Below are positions 49,401-60,323 of a stretch of 64,000 nucleotides of DNA, piece after piece. The stretch is from Candidatus Moraniibacteriota bacterium (GTDB taxonomy: Bacteria > Patescibacteriota > Minisyncoccia > Moranbacterales > DUUL01): assembly GCA_027008775.1 (NCBI GenBank), contig JALVDV010000001.1, forward strand, positions 3,889-67,888. Reading direction: 5' to 3'. Made by a program: the position numbers and the translations under genes. Numbering within the stretch: position 1 is the first letter of the stretch; every line of letters starts with the position of its first letter. The notes under the pieces are model-generated. The model searched no databases and was not told where the DNA came from. It saw nothing but the letters and a program-made list of their open reading frames with translations.

Positions 49401-49527
49401 TTGTTGAATATTTTCGCTGATAATAACAAGAGTAAAAACCAAAAAAACAATTTTTTAATCTTTGTTGTTTTTTGCCCGTATTTGATTGACTTTCAAAATA
49501 TTATATAGTACGATTAGTCAGTCTTAA

Positions 49528-49599
49528 GGCCCGTTCGTCTAGTGGTTAGGACGCCGCCCTCTCACGGCGGTAACAGGGGTTCGACTCCCCTACGGGCTA
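49528..49599 (+). tRNA. tRNA-Glu (anticodon CUC); CCA not encoded
   Basis: Manual cloverleaf: acceptor GGCCCGT/ACGGGCT, D-arm GTCT-AGTGGTTA-GGAC, anticodon stem CCGCC/GGCGG with loop CTCTCAC, T-arm AGGGG-TTCGACT-CCCCT. Strong similarity to bacterial tRNA-Glu. Confidence 0.85.
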
Positions 49600-49634
49600 C
49601 GAACGAAACGAAGTGAAGTGAGGAGACCGTAAGA

Positions 49635-49658
49635 AAGCCAACTGCTTGGCTTTCCTTG
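49635..49658 (+). terminator. Hairpin terminator after the tRNA
   Basis: aagccaa-ctgc-ttggctt followed by tccttgttt. Confidence 0.5.
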
Positions 49659-49681
49659 TTTACATTTTAAGTCCGGTATCT

Positions 49682-50767
49682 ATGTCCGTAGAAAAAAAGG
49701 CTCTAAAGTTGCTCAAAAAATACCAGCAGACCGTTAACAAACTTTTACTTGAGTATTTTAGGCAAGAGAAAAACAAAGCTAAAAAAACCGACTTGGTTGC
49801 CTGGCAATCGGTAAAGTCAATAGAAAAATTTGTCTTGGCCGGCGGAAAAAGGCTGCGCCCGGCCTTGTTGTACTATGCCTACCTAGCTTCCGGACGACGC
49901 AGCAGCTTGGCCATTAAAAAAGCCTCTCTTTCCATTGAATTGATACATTCCTTTCTTTTAATTCATGATGACATTATGGATCGTGACTACAAGAGACACG
50001 GCCAGGACACCATCCACGAAAAATATCGCAAATTAGCCCAAAAATATTTCCCCGACAAAGACCACGAACACTACGGACAATCACTGGCCATCGTTATTGG
50101 AGACCTCTGCTACACCTTGGGAAACAAAGTTCTTTTCCAAGCCGATTTTCCCGCCAAAACCATCCTGAAAGCTTTAACAAAATTACAAGATATTGTGTAC
50201 GAAGTGATCCCCGGGCAAATTAGAGATATTACATTGGAATTTAAAAGCAAGGTCTCCGAAAAAGAAATTTTACGCGTCCAGGAAGCTAAGACCGCTCACT
50301 ACACTTTTGCCGGTCCTATCCAAATGGGTTGCATCTTGGCCGGCAACAAAAACAAAACGATGCAAGAAAACTTTACCCGCTATTCACTGGCCGTCGGTAA
50401 AGCCTTTCAAATTCGCGATGATATTTTGGGTATTTTTGGCGAAGAAAAAAAACTGGGCAAACCGGTCGGCTCAGACATCAGCGAGGGTAAACAAACTCTA
50501 TTGGTAAATTATGTTCTAAAAAAAGGCACTCCCCACCAAAAAAGAATTATTAACGGCCTCCTTGGTAAAGAAAAAATTTCTCAGACAGACCTCAACATTT
50601 TTCGCCAAATAATAAAAGAAAGCGGTTCCCTTGATTATTCCCTGCATAAAGGAGAAGAACTTGTTAAAGAAGCTCTTTCCGCTTTGGAGCAAATAAAATT
50701 TCACAACCAAGAAGCCAAAATCTTCTTTAGCGGAATTGCTCATTACATCATCAAGAGAGAGATTTAG
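49682..50767 (+). CDS. Polyprenyl diphosphate synthase (FPP/GGPP synthase family)
   Basis: First DDxxD (LLIHDDIMDRD) and second (FQIRDDILG) motifs. Confidence 0.85.
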   Translation: MSVEKKALKLLKKYQQTVNKLLLEYFRQEKNKAKKTDLVAWQSVKSIEKFVLAGGKRLRPALLYYAYLASGRRSSLAIKKASLSIELIHSFLLIHDDIMDRDYKRHGQDTIHEKYRKLAQKYFPDKDHEHYGQSLAIVIGDLCYTLGNKVLFQADFPAKTILKALTKLQDIVYEVIPGQIRDITLEFKSKVSEKEILRVQEAKTAHYTFAGPIQMGCILAGNKNKTMQENFTRYSLAVGKAFQIRDDILGIFGEEKKLGKPVGSDISEGKQTLLVNYVLKKGTPHQKRIINGLLGKEKISQTDLNIFRQIIKESGSLDYSLHKGEELVKEALSALEQIKFHNQEAKIFFSGIAHYIIKREI

Positions 50768-50802
50768 TAAAAAAATAACTAAAAATTTTAAACTCAGTAA
50801 AA

Positions 50803-51516
50803 ATGAAAGATAACATTCCCGAACATATCGCCATTATTCCCGACGGCAACCGACGTTGGGCTAAAGAAAAACAACTACAGCCCTGGGAAGGTCATTATGA
50901 GGGAGCTAAACGATTTGAAGAAATCCTCAACACCGCCTTTCAAGCCGGGGTTAAGAATGTAACTTTTTGGGGGTCGTCAGCGGACAATTTAAAAAAACGC
51001 CCTTGGCGAGAAAAAAAAGCCTTGTTGGAAATTTATGAAAAATATTTCCAGAAATTACTCAAAAGCAAAAAAATTTTTCAAGAAAAAATTAAAATAAACA
51101 TCGTTGGACGTTGGGAAGAACAATTGCCTGGCAAATTAGTCAGACTGTTAAAAAGGGGGATACAGGAAACCAAAAATCACCGCAATTTTAATCTAAATTT
51201 TTTGTTAGCCTACAATGGCGATGACGATATTTTGATGGCTGTCAAAAATATAGCTAGAAAAATCAAAAAGGGCGGTCTCAAAATCACCAAAAAAACCATT
51301 GCCGAGCATCTTCTCAGCCAACCGGTCAAAGAAGTTGACCTGGTGATTCGCACCGGCATAGAAGGCGACCCGCACAATAGCGCCGGCTTCTTAATGTGGC
51401 AAACACAAAACTCACAGCTTTATTTCACCGAAACCAAATTCCCCGACTTCGGCGCCAAAGAGCTAAAAAAAGCCATTCATGATTTTGCCCGCCGACAACG
51501 ACGCCTCGGTCGCTGA
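50803..51516 (+). CDS. uppS: Undecaprenyl diphosphate synthase (cis-prenyltransferase)
   Basis: HIAIIPDGNRRWA and the rest of the UPPS fold. Confidence 0.93.
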   Translation: MKDNIPEHIAIIPDGNRRWAKEKQLQPWEGHYEGAKRFEEILNTAFQAGVKNVTFWGSSADNLKKRPWREKKALLEIYEKYFQKLLKSKKIFQEKIKINIVGRWEEQLPGKLVRLLKRGIQETKNHRNFNLNFLLAYNGDDDILMAVKNIARKIKKGGLKITKKTIAEHLLSQPVKEVDLVIRTGIEGDPHNSAGFLMWQTQNSQLYFTETKFPDFGAKELKKAIHDFARRQRRLGR

Positions 51517-51536
51517 TTAAATTAAAAGATAAAAAA

Positions 51537-52406
51537 ATGTTGAAATTCAGTTATAAAAATGGCGCCATAATTCCTTCCCGGGAATTAAAAATAGAAGTTA
51601 ACGATTTGGGATTCACTCGCGGTTACGGTATTTTTGATGTTTTCAAAACAGTGGGCGGACATCCATTTCTATTGAAAGAGCATTTTCAACGATTAAGAAA
51701 ATCAAGTCGTCTTTTAGACTTAAGGCTACCTTTTGATTTGCCCGTCTTCAACCAAACCGTCCAAACCTTACTTAAAAAAAACAACATTACGCCCGCCGAA
51801 GTTAAAAAGGGCAACAGCCGGGATGTCTATATAAAAACAATAGTCACCGGAGGTCCTTCCGCCGACGGTCTCTCAATCAATTCACAACCGACAGTTATTA
51901 TTTTTTTAGGGCACTTGAATAAAGTTGCCCCCGCACCAAAATTTTTTCAAAAAGGGGCCAAAATTATTACTGTGGAGTTCCAAAGATTCTTACCGGACAT
52001 CAAAACGCTTAATTACATCACTGCCGTTAAAAATCAAAACAAAAAGAAGGAGGCGGGAGCAGTGGAAATTTTATATCATCATCAGGGGAAAATATTGGAA
52101 GGAGCCACCAGTAATATCTTTCTGGTAAAAAATGGAGAGCTGATTACTCCGGCTGAAGATATTTTGCCCGGCACAACTCGCAACTTTCTCCTTCATCTTT
52201 GCCGTCAAAACAATTTACCGGTGACCAAACGAACTGTTTCTTTATCTGAATTATTATCCGCAGAAGAGGTTTTCTTAACCGGAACATTTAAAGATGTTTT
52301 ACCAATCATTCAAGTAGACAACCGAAAAATCGCCACTGGCAAGGTTGGTCCTGTGACCAAAAAATGCCAACAACTTTTTCAAGAAGCTTTGGAAATATTC
52401 AGATAA
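51537..52406 (+). CDS. Class IV PLP-dependent aminotransferase (branched-chain/D-amino-acid aminotransferase or aminodeoxychorismate lyase family)
   Basis: Fold-type IV motifs (FTRGYGIFDVFKT...EHFQRLRKS). Confidence 0.7.
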   Translation: MLKFSYKNGAIIPSRELKIEVNDLGFTRGYGIFDVFKTVGGHPFLLKEHFQRLRKSSRLLDLRLPFDLPVFNQTVQTLLKKNNITPAEVKKGNSRDVYIKTIVTGGPSADGLSINSQPTVIIFLGHLNKVAPAPKFFQKGAKIITVEFQRFLPDIKTLNYITAVKNQNKKKEAGAVEILYHHQGKILEGATSNIFLVKNGELITPAEDILPGTTRNFLLHLCRQNNLPVTKRTVSLSELLSAEEVFLTGTFKDVLPIIQVDNRKIATGKVGPVTKKCQQLFQEALEIFR

Positions 52407-52483
52407 CTTCAAGCGAGTTTCAAAATTTTTTTAATTTACAGTTATCCATTTAGATAACAAACCTAAAAACTAAAATTCAAGAA

Positions 52484-53230
52484 ATGTTTTTCTTTAGAAA
52501 AAAGAAAAAAAGAGCTGCCAATCAAAACAAATTCTCCAAAGAAAATAAGTCGCCCTTGGCCATCTTTGATGTGGACGGCACCATTTTTCGCAAAAACTTG
52601 CACTTTGAGTTGATTAACCAATTGGTTTTAATGGGTGTTTTTCCCGAAGAAGTCAGACATATTTTGGTTAAACTCTATTCGCGCTGGCTGGAGCACGAAG
52701 GCACCTATCAAGAATATCGCGACGCCCTAATTTCCCTCTACAACAAAAATATCCGAGGCGTTTCCGCGGAGACCGTTAAAGTAGCCAGTAAAAAAATGGT
52801 GGCTTTCCACAAAAAACGAACTTATATTTTTGCCGAACGACTAATTAAATATCTCGAAGAAAAAGGTTACCATATTATTGCCATCTCCGGCTCTCCCCAA
52901 GAAGCGGTTCTTGAGTACAACCGACAACACCTGCATTTTAATGAAGTCTTTGGTACTGTTTACGAAATAAAAAACGGTCGTTATACCGGAAAAGAAAAGG
53001 AAGCCCCGGTGTTAGACAAAGCTCGTTTTCTGCAAGAATTCACGCGCAAACACGGTTTCAGTTTAAAAAATTCCTACGGTATCGGTGACACCCAAAACGA
53101 CGCCGGCTTATTGAAACTGGTTCAAAATCCAATCGCTTTTAATCCCGACGCTGAATTAAAAAGTATTGCTGAAGTTAAGGGTTGGAAAATTAAAGTGGAG
53201 AGAAAAGATGTTGTTTACGATATTGTTTAA
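52484..53230 (+). CDS. HAD-superfamily hydrolase (subfamily IB, phosphoserine-phosphatase-like)
   Basis: Motif I AIFDVDGTIF, motif III K, motif IV GDTQND. Confidence 0.7.
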   Translation: MFFFRKKKKRAANQNKFSKENKSPLAIFDVDGTIFRKNLHFELINQLVLMGVFPEEVRHILVKLYSRWLEHEGTYQEYRDALISLYNKNIRGVSAETVKVASKKMVAFHKKRTYIFAERLIKYLEEKGYHIIAISGSPQEAVLEYNRQHLHFNEVFGTVYEIKNGRYTGKEKEAPVLDKARFLQEFTRKHGFSLKNSYGIGDTQNDAGLLKLVQNPIAFNPDAELKSIAEVKGWKIKVERKDVVYDIV

Positions 53231-53336
53231 GAACAAAATATAAAAGGATAAATGAGGAAGGCGATCTGCCGGAAAACAAAAACCGGATACAACTCACATT
53301 TGAATTGTATCCGGACAATGATTCAGAGAAAATGGG

Positions 53337-53726
53337 CTATTTTTCAAAACGTATAGCCCTTAAAACAACTCCCCCTCCCTTGGGGGAGCGATAAAAATCA
53401 ATTTTAAACCCCTGGCTTCTTTCGATGAGCCAGATAGGACTTCGCCGGCTAACGTTGGCATCGCCGGCCGGGATCTCCAAAAATTGTTCTCCGGCCGAAC
53501 CGGGAATATTATATCGGAGAACGCCTCGACCGGAAATAATCCGAGGACCGGCCGTGTTATCCACGACCAACTCAAAACTGCCTAAGCTTATTTTAGTGGT
53601 CCTACCCACAGGCGTGAACCACTCTTTTGCTAGTTGCCGAGAACATTCACAATTGTCCTCGGCTAAAGAAATTCCGCAAAAAAAACAAAAAACCACCAAT
53701 CCAAAAAACACAACAAAACTTTTCAT
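53337..53726 (-). CDS. Small secreted hypothetical protein
   Basis: Signal peptide MKSFVVFFGLVVFCFFCGISLA; otherwise no motif. Confidence 0.45.
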   Translation of the reverse strand: MKSFVVFFGLVVFCFFCGISLAEDNCECSRQLAKEWFTPVGRTTKISLGSFELVVDNTAGPRIISGRGVLRYNIPGSAGEQFLEIPAGDANVSRRSPIWLIERSQGFKIDFYRSPKGGGVVLRAIRFEK

Positions 53727-54135
53727 TATAATCCCTCCTTTATTTTAATGATATTTTTAACAAAATGTACTCGGTTCAAAACCGTTCCGCTCAGTATAGG
53801 GCAAGAATAAAATTTGTCAAGAAAATGTATAGTTAACACCTAGAGGTAACACTTTGGTATTTGTTGAATCAATATTTGCCGAGAGCAATCAAAATTGTAA
53901 TTCCAACAATAAACTATAAGTCTAAACAACAAACTACCAGTCAACTGGGTAAGTTACATCTCGGTCGGTAACCAAAGCTTCTAACATCTCTCCCTTGGAA
54001 ATTGCATTTAAATGAATAATAAGGAGAATAAGCTTATTTTCGTTTTCATCTCCACTCTCATTTTTTTGTCTTTATCTCTATTTCATTCCCATCTCTATTT
54101 TCGACCCCATCTCCATTTTACTTTCACAATCTTCT

Positions 54136-54178
54136 TTATGATATGGTGATGCATTATGATATTATTGATAATATCATA
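54136..54178. promoter_or_regulatory. Operator-like site: two direct TTATGATAT half-sites plus a perfect palindrome TTATGATATTA-ttga-TAATATCATAA
   Basis: Direct reading of the sequence; located in the long intergenic region between the divergent 53726(-) gene and clpB. Confidence 0.4.
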
Positions 54179-54625
54179 ATACATTACTGTTATCAGGGTT
54201 GAGAAAAGGAGAACACGTTCTTCCTTTTGGCTTGAAAAGAAGCTCTAAAGATGAGAGTTGCCTTGGTGATTTATTGCGACAATAAATGGTCAATCTTTAT
54301 CCAAATTTTTGAAGTAAAAAGTTGAAATTTTCAGCTATCTTTCTGCAAGAAATATTTTTATCTTTGGATTAGAGGTTAGCAGAGAATATCTTTTTTGTTT
54401 GACTTTTCAACCGAGCTCCAACTTCCCCGTTTGGCGCAGAATCTTCGTGGAACTATCCGGAATCTGTTTTATCTTGCCGGGAGAAGTTGGCACTGTCGCG
54501 CTTCTTTTCTATTACCTAAATTTCCCGCCTCCGACCAGTTTTCGTCTTTTTCAATTTTTGCCATTTTCCGGAAAGGTGTTATAATAAAGCAACAATTCAT
54601 AATTTAATTTAATAAAAAAATAAAA

Positions 54626-57232
54626 ATGAATTTAGAAAAATTTACCACCAAATCTCAGGAGGCCATTCAGGAAGCCCAACAAGAGGCAATCAAGCGCCAA
54701 CACCAACAAATAGAAGTTTGGCACTTGCTCTTAGCTTTAATTAAACAAGATGGTTCCATCGTACCAACTATTTTAAACAAGTTGGAAATCGACACCACTT
54801 CATTGGAAAACAAAATAGAAGAACATTTAAGCAAACTCCCTCGTCTCACCGGGCAAGTTGACAGTAGTCAGGTTTACGCCAGTCCGGCAGTCGGACAAGT
54901 TTTGGAAGGCGCTTTTCAAGAGGCGCAAAAAATGGGTGACGACTATGTTTCCACCGAACACATTTTTCTCAGCCTACTCAAAAACAATCCCGAGATCAAA
55001 CAGCTTTTCACCGAACAAGGTATCACCGAAGAAAAGGTAAAAGAAGTTTTGGAAAGTGTTAGGGGTGGACAGAAAGCCGACTCGCCCGATCCGGAAGGAA
55101 AATACCAAGTCATTGAAAAATATACTGTTAATCTGACAGAGGAAGCCAGAAAGGGCGAGATGGATCCCATTATCGGACGCGATGATGAAATCAGACGGGT
55201 TATTCAAATACTTTCTCGTCGAACAAAAAATAATCCCGTTTTAATCGGAGAACCGGGCACCGGTAAAACCGCCATTGTGGAAGGCTTGGCCCAAAGAATC
55301 GTTAACAACGATGTTCCGGAGAATTTGAAAGACAAAGAAATCATCGTAGTGGATATGGGCTCCCTCTTGGCCGGAGCCAAATATCGTGGTGAATTTGAGG
55401 ACCGCCTTAAAGCATTGATAAATGAGATAGAGAAATCAAATGGCCACTACATCCCTTTTATTGATGAATTGCACACCCTAGTAGGCGCCGGCGCCGGCGA
55501 AGGACAAGCAGACGCCTCCAATATGCTTAAACCGGCCTTGGCTCGGGGCAAACTGAAAATGATTGGCGCCACCACTCTCAAAGAATATCAAAAATACATT
55601 GAAAAGGACGCTGCCTTGGAACGAAGATTTCAACCGGTTTATGTTGACGAACCCAGTGAGGAAGATACATTGGCCATTCTGCGAGGAATTAAGGAAAAAT
55701 ACGAACTGCACCACGGGGTCAGAATTACCGATGAAGCCGTCAAAGCAGCCGTTAAACTTTCCACTCGCTATATCCCGGAAAGATTCTTGCCGGACAAGGC
55801 CATTGACTTATTGGATGAAGCCACTTCCGCTCTGCGTATGGAAATAGAATCCAAGCCAACGGAAATTGATCGTCTGGAAAGAGAGCTGACCAAATTGGAA
55901 ATAGAAGAAAAAGCTTTGAAAAGAGAAAAAGGCGACCAAGCCAAAAAACGACTGGAAGAAATAAAAAAAGCCAAAGCCCAAATCAAGGAAAAATTAAAAG
56001 CCATCAAACTGCGCTGGCAATCGGAAAAGGAATTGATTGACAAGATTAAAGAAGACAAAAAGAAAATTGATGAGCTCAGAACTAAAGCTGAACAACTAGA
56101 AAGAGAAGGGCGATTGGATAAAGTAGCCGAAATCAGATACGGACAAATTCCTCAAATAAAGCAAGAAATTGAAGAAACCCAGAAAAAACTAAATGAACTG
56201 CAAAAGAAAAGTGGAGCCATTCTTAAAGAAGAAGTCACCGCCGAAGATGTGGCCAAAGTCGTTTCCCGTTGGACCGGAATTCCGGTGGATAAAATGCTGG
56301 AAACGGAAAGCGAAAAACTGGCTCATATGGAAGAAGCTCTTTCCCAGAGAATCGTTGGACAAAAAGAAGCCATTAAAGCAGTGGCCAATGCTCTCCGACG
56401 CAACCGCGCCGGCCTCACCGAGGAAAACAGACCGATAGGCTCCTTTATGTTCCTGGGACCAACCGGAGTTGGTAAAACGGAACTGGCTAAAAGTTTGGCC
56501 GAGTTTCTCTTTGACGATGAAAATGCGCTCATTCGCGTAGATATGAGTGAATACATGGAATCACACAGCGTGGCTAAGTTTATCGGCTCTCCTCCCGGTT
56601 ACGTTGGGCACGAAGAAGGAGGACAATTAACGGAGAAAATCAGACGACGGCCTTACAGTGTTATCCTTTTTGACGAAATAGAAAAAGCTCACCCGGAAGT
56701 TTTCAATATCCTCCTGCAAATCTTGGACGATGGACGATTAACCGACGCCAAAGGAAGGTTGGTTAATTTCAAGAATACGATTATTATTATGACTTCCAAT
56801 CTGGGTAGTGATATTATCATTGAAGAATTCAACAAAGCCCGCAAAGAAAAGAAAAAGGTGGATATGAAAAAATTAAAAGAAAAAGTATTGGAAGTTCTTA
56901 AAGCCAGATTCAGACCGGAATTCCTCAACCGTTTTGATGAAATTATTGTTTTTGAGGCTCTCAGTCAAGAAGACATCGCTAAAATTATTGACTTGCAAAT
57001 TCAGAAAATAAATAATCGCCTCAAAGAAAAGAATATTTCCCTCAGACTAACCGATAAAGCCAAGAAATTCTTGGCCGAAAAGGGCTACGACCCGGCCTAT
57101 GGCGCTCGTCCTCTGAAAAGAGCTATTCAGAAATACGTTCTGGATAAACTGGCGCTTCTGATGATAGAAGGCAAAATAAAATCCGGAGAAGTGGTCGTTG
57201 ATGTTAAGAATGGTAAAATAATCTTTAAGTAA
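54626..57232 (+). CDS. clpB: ATP-dependent chaperone ClpB
   Basis: Clp-N, two AAA+ modules (GEPGTGKT; GPTGVGKT), long middle coiled coil. Confidence 0.97.
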   Translation: MNLEKFTTKSQEAIQEAQQEAIKRQHQQIEVWHLLLALIKQDGSIVPTILNKLEIDTTSLENKIEEHLSKLPRLTGQVDSSQVYASPAVGQVLEGAFQEAQKMGDDYVSTEHIFLSLLKNNPEIKQLFTEQGITEEKVKEVLESVRGGQKADSPDPEGKYQVIEKYTVNLTEEARKGEMDPIIGRDDEIRRVIQILSRRTKNNPVLIGEPGTGKTAIVEGLAQRIVNNDVPENLKDKEIIVVDMGSLLAGAKYRGEFEDRLKALINEIEKSNGHYIPFIDELHTLVGAGAGEGQADASNMLKPALARGKLKMIGATTLKEYQKYIEKDAALERRFQPVYVDEPSEEDTLAILRGIKEKYELHHGVRITDEAVKAAVKLSTRYIPERFLPDKAIDLLDEATSALRMEIESKPTEIDRLERELTKLEIEEKALKREKGDQAKKRLEEIKKAKAQIKEKLKAIKLRWQSEKELIDKIKEDKKKIDELRTKAEQLEREGRLDKVAEIRYGQIPQIKQEIEETQKKLNELQKKSGAILKEEVTAEDVAKVVSRWTGIPVDKMLETESEKLAHMEEALSQRIVGQKEAIKAVANALRRNRAGLTEENRPIGSFMFLGPTGVGKTELAKSLAEFLFDDENALIRVDMSEYMESHSVAKFIGSPPGYVGHEEGGQLTEKIRRRPYSVILFDEIEKAHPEVFNILLQILDDGRLTDAKGRLVNFKNTIIIMTSNLGSDIIIEEFNKARKEKKKVDMKKLKEKVLEVLKARFRPEFLNRFDEIIVFEALSQEDIAKIIDLQIQKINNRLKEKNISLRLTDKAKKFLAEKGYDPAYGARPLKRAIQKYVLDKLALLMIEGKIKSGEVVVDVKNGKIIFK

Positions 57233-57247
57233 CAGTCAGCAAAATAA

Positions 57248-57775
57248 ATGGAAAGACTACTGGATATTTACAACGAAAACAATCTGCCCTTGGGAAAGGT
57301 TGAGTTTGAAAGCGTTGTTTATCGCCACGGCTTATGGCATCGTACTGTTCTGGTGGTCATCCACACTCCGGCAGGGGAGGTTTTGGAAATAAAAACCTCC
57401 CCCAAGAAGACAAGAAATGGGCTACCAGATAGATTTACTCAAACTTGCCAACTAGGCTTGTTTAGCTTTGTGGAAAGAGGGAAAAAAGAAAGGGAAACAG
57501 CTTGCAAAATGCTTGAACAAATTCTACAGAAAACTCCGGATGAAAATGAACTCCGTCCTTGGTTGGTAAAAATTATAGAAGAAAATCAAGACTGGGAGAA
57601 AAAACGAGAGTTTCGCTACATTTATTTTTTTCAAACAGAAAAAGATAATCTCCCGGACAACTGTGGCAATTTTATTCCCATTAACCAAGCCAAAAATTTG
57701 TTTCAAAAATATTCCAAAAACCTGGGAGAAAATGAGGATTTTTGGCTGGACATTCTAAATGAATTGTCAAATTAA
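57248..57775 (+). CDS. Hypothetical protein, possibly a degenerate Nudix-fold protein
   Basis: N-terminus resembles IPP-isomerase/Nudix starts (LPLGKVEF...HRHGLWHRTVLVVI), but no intact Nudix box. Confidence 0.3.
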   Translation: MERLLDIYNENNLPLGKVEFESVVYRHGLWHRTVLVVIHTPAGEVLEIKTSPKKTRNGLPDRFTQTCQLGLFSFVERGKKERETACKMLEQILQKTPDENELRPWLVKIIEENQDWEKKREFRYIYFFQTEKDNLPDNCGNFIPINQAKNLFQKYSKNLGENEDFWLDILNELSN

Positions 57776-57815
57776 GAAATAAAAGATTAAGAAATAAAAG
57801 TGGTGACACGAAAAA

Positions 57816-58646
57816 ATGTTTTTCAATCTTAGAGCATTTTTGGCCAGTTGGATATTTGCCGGCGCTCTGATTCTTTTCTCCCGCCAAGAAGATTATTATT
57901 TTTACGTTCTGTTATTTTTGTTTCTTTTCAATCTGCTTTTAATCTGGCCTCTGGCCGGACGGCTGAGATTCTTAGCTATTCCTTTCTTTCTCAGTATTGG
58001 TTCCCTTAATCTTCTTTACCTGATTGATGGCTGGGAAAAAAGAATTTTATTCACCGCTCTGGCCACCTTCATTTATTATCTGTCCCTTCTGGGCGCCAAT
58101 CGTTTAAAAAAATATGACTGCGATCAAACCGCCCAGAGTATGATAAACCTGGCCACTATCGTTACTGTCTTTTTTTGGTTTACATCCAACTACGGTTGGT
58201 ATTTGAACTTCAGTATAGACAGTTGGGTGTTGGTCATCACCACCATTGCCTCCACTTTTCTGATTATTTTTCCTTCCCTGACCATTTGCTTTATTTCCTG
58301 TTATAAGGTGCATTACCGCCAATCTCAAAAAGGGGAGGGCAAGAGAGATAAACTTGCTTTTTTGTTAGCTTTTAGAAAACAACTGCAGGTACAACGTTTG
58401 GCCTTGTTCTTTAGTTTTTTAATTGCCTTCGTCGTTAGCGAAATAATTTGGGGCTTGTCTTTCTGGCCTTTCGGTTATCTAACCACCGGCATGACAGCCG
58501 TTATAATTCTTTTTGTTTTCTGGAGTATCGTCAGGCGTTTTATTCAACGAAAATTGACTAAACGCTTCGTTGTTGTTAATATAATAACCATGCTTATCCT
58601 CATAATTCTGTTAATCGGCACCTCTCCTTGGCAAATAATAGAGTAA
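57816..58646 (+). CDS. Polytopic membrane protein, unknown function
   Basis: About 8 hydrophobic helices. Confidence 0.5.
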   Translation: MFFNLRAFLASWIFAGALILFSRQEDYYFYVLLFLFLFNLLLIWPLAGRLRFLAIPFFLSIGSLNLLYLIDGWEKRILFTALATFIYYLSLLGANRLKKYDCDQTAQSMINLATIVTVFFWFTSNYGWYLNFSIDSWVLVITTIASTFLIIFPSLTICFISCYKVHYRQSQKGEGKRDKLAFLLAFRKQLQVQRLALFFSFLIAFVVSEIIWGLSFWPFGYLTTGMTAVIILFVFWSIVRRFIQRKLTKRFVVVNIITMLILIILLIGTSPWQIIE

Positions 58647-58655
58647 TAAAATCAA

Positions 58656-59768
58656 ATGTTTAAAAAGGTATTGTTTTCCATTTTTTATTTGCTTTTATTT
58701 TTTTCAGTTGCGGTTTTTTCGCATTTTTTCATAATTCCCAAATTAAACCAGTATCCCTTTTTTCTAAAGCACGAACTGCAAAATAACAAAAACCCTCAAA
58801 ACATTATCATCAAAAAAACTGAGCATATCCAGGTCAAGGAAAATTTTTCCATCCAAAAAACAGCTGAAAAAGTTTTGCCTGCCTTGGTAAAGGTCTATTT
58901 TATTTTGCCAAGCAGAAATAAAACTTTATACAATAAACACAAATTGGTTTATTCCGGCTTGATAGTTTCCGGCGATGGAGCCATTGTAACAGCCTTGCCA
59001 CCGGAAAAATTTAGCAAGGCTAAAATAAAAATAATTCTCAGGGACGGTCGAGAGTTTATCCCCACAAAAATCAGCCCTGACAATTACAATGAGCTTCTAT
59101 TCCTGAAAATCAAAGCCGACAATCTGCCGGTGGCCCCTTTCGGCGATTCAGACAAATTGGAAGAGGGGGAAAAAGTTGTTTTGGCCGGTTACCGTCCGCC
59201 TAATATTAATCTTGCTTTAAGAGTCATCACCGAATTTGACCATTCTTTTAACAAAAACAACTTGGAATTTTTATTCTCCGACAAAAACGCCGACGCCCTG
59301 GTTCTAGACGAAAAATTACCCGGAAACTTTCAAGGAAGCGCCGGTATTGATTTTCAAGGAAACCTTGTCGGCTTAGTCAAAGGCAACTCGGAACGCTCCT
59401 TCTTGATTCCTCTGCAAAATATCAAAAATAAACTGGCAGACATATTTAAAGAAGGAGAAAAGTCTTTCCAACTGGGAGTTTACTACCTGAATATTTTTCC
59501 CGAGTTGCAAAAAACGGATTCTCTACCAGTAGCAAATGGCGCTTTAATTTATGAACCATCGGGGAAAACCGGCCTGGCTATTCTGGCAAATTCCGTCGGA
59601 CGAAAAATCGGGCTTCACCTTAATGACATTATTCTGGAAGTTAATGGAGAAAAAATTACTTATGAAAACAACCTCTCCCAGGTACTTTCCCGTCATCATG
59701 CCGGAGAAAAATTGCTCTTTAAAGTCCTGAGAAATAACAAAATTATTACTCTCACAAACAAAGAATAA
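58656..59768 (+). CDS. Membrane-anchored HtrA-like trypsin-fold protein with PDZ domain, probably catalytically inactive
   Basis: N-terminal TM, chymotrypsin-like fold, GSAG in place of GNSGG. The region where the catalytic His is expected (TNNHV) reads TALPP. C-terminal PDZ (GLHLNDIILEVNGEKI). Confidence 0.55.
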   Translation: MFKKVLFSIFYLLLFFSVAVFSHFFIIPKLNQYPFFLKHELQNNKNPQNIIIKKTEHIQVKENFSIQKTAEKVLPALVKVYFILPSRNKTLYNKHKLVYSGLIVSGDGAIVTALPPEKFSKAKIKIILRDGREFIPTKISPDNYNELLFLKIKADNLPVAPFGDSDKLEEGEKVVLAGYRPPNINLALRVITEFDHSFNKNNLEFLFSDKNADALVLDEKLPGNFQGSAGIDFQGNLVGLVKGNSERSFLIPLQNIKNKLADIFKEGEKSFQLGVYYLNIFPELQKTDSLPVANGALIYEPSGKTGLAILANSVGRKIGLHLNDIILEVNGEKITYENNLSQVLSRHHAGEKLLFKVLRNNKIITLTNKE

Positions 59769-59864
59769 ACAAGATTTTTTGAATTTTTTCAGAATTATGC
59801 TATAATCAAAACCACGTGGAAAAATTCCTCGTGAAATAAACTCAATAATAATTATCATAAAAAA

Positions 59865-60182
59865 ATGCCTATTGAACTAACCGATGCTAATTTCACGGAA
59901 GAAGTAATTAATGAAAAAGAAAAACCGGTCTTGGTTGATTTTTGGGCTCCCTGGTGCGGACCCTGCCAAATGATGGGACCGATTATTGAAGAAGTGGCCA
60001 AAGAGGCCGGAGACTTTGCCAAGGTTGGAAAATTAAATGTGGATGAAAACCCCAACACGGCCGGACAATACGGCATTATGTCTATTCCAACTTTGATTAT
60101 TTTCAAAAACGGACAACCGGCCAAACAGTTGGTGGGAGTTCAATCCAAGGAAGCTTTATTGGCCGAACTGAAAAACGTTTAG
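59865..60182 (+). CDS. trxA: Thioredoxin
   Basis: WAPWCGPC active site. Confidence 0.93.
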   Translation: MPIELTDANFTEEVINEKEKPVLVDFWAPWCGPCQMMGPIIEEVAKEAGDFAKVGKLNVDENPNTAGQYGIMSIPTLIIFKNGQPAKQLVGVQSKEALLAELKNV

Positions 60183-60206
60183 TTATCCGCCAAGTAAAAC
60201 TTTATA

Positions 60207-60240
60207 AAACCATTCTCATTGTCTTTAGAATGGTTTTATT
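60207..60240 (+). terminator. Rho-independent terminator after trxA
   Basis: aaaaccattct-N10-agaatggtttt, then att. Confidence 0.55.
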
Positions 60241-60323
60241 ATATTTCAGTAATTCCTTAGAACCACCTTATTTCATCAAGCCTAAAAGTTTGTTGACAAA
60301 TATCACTCTAACATTTAAAAACG

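Noticed and set aside
49401-49527. Clean -35/-10 promoter for the tRNA-Glu gene (TTGACT ... TATAGT)
   Set aside because: Spacer between candidate hexamers is only ~12 nt or otherwise non-canonical; could not define a convincing promoter.
54395-54607. Two overlapping small ORFs (70 aa and 61 aa) upstream of clpB
   Set aside because: They overlap each other in different frames inside a probable regulatory/UTR region, have no SD or motif, and a GC-rich stretch inflates ORF length; treated as non-coding.
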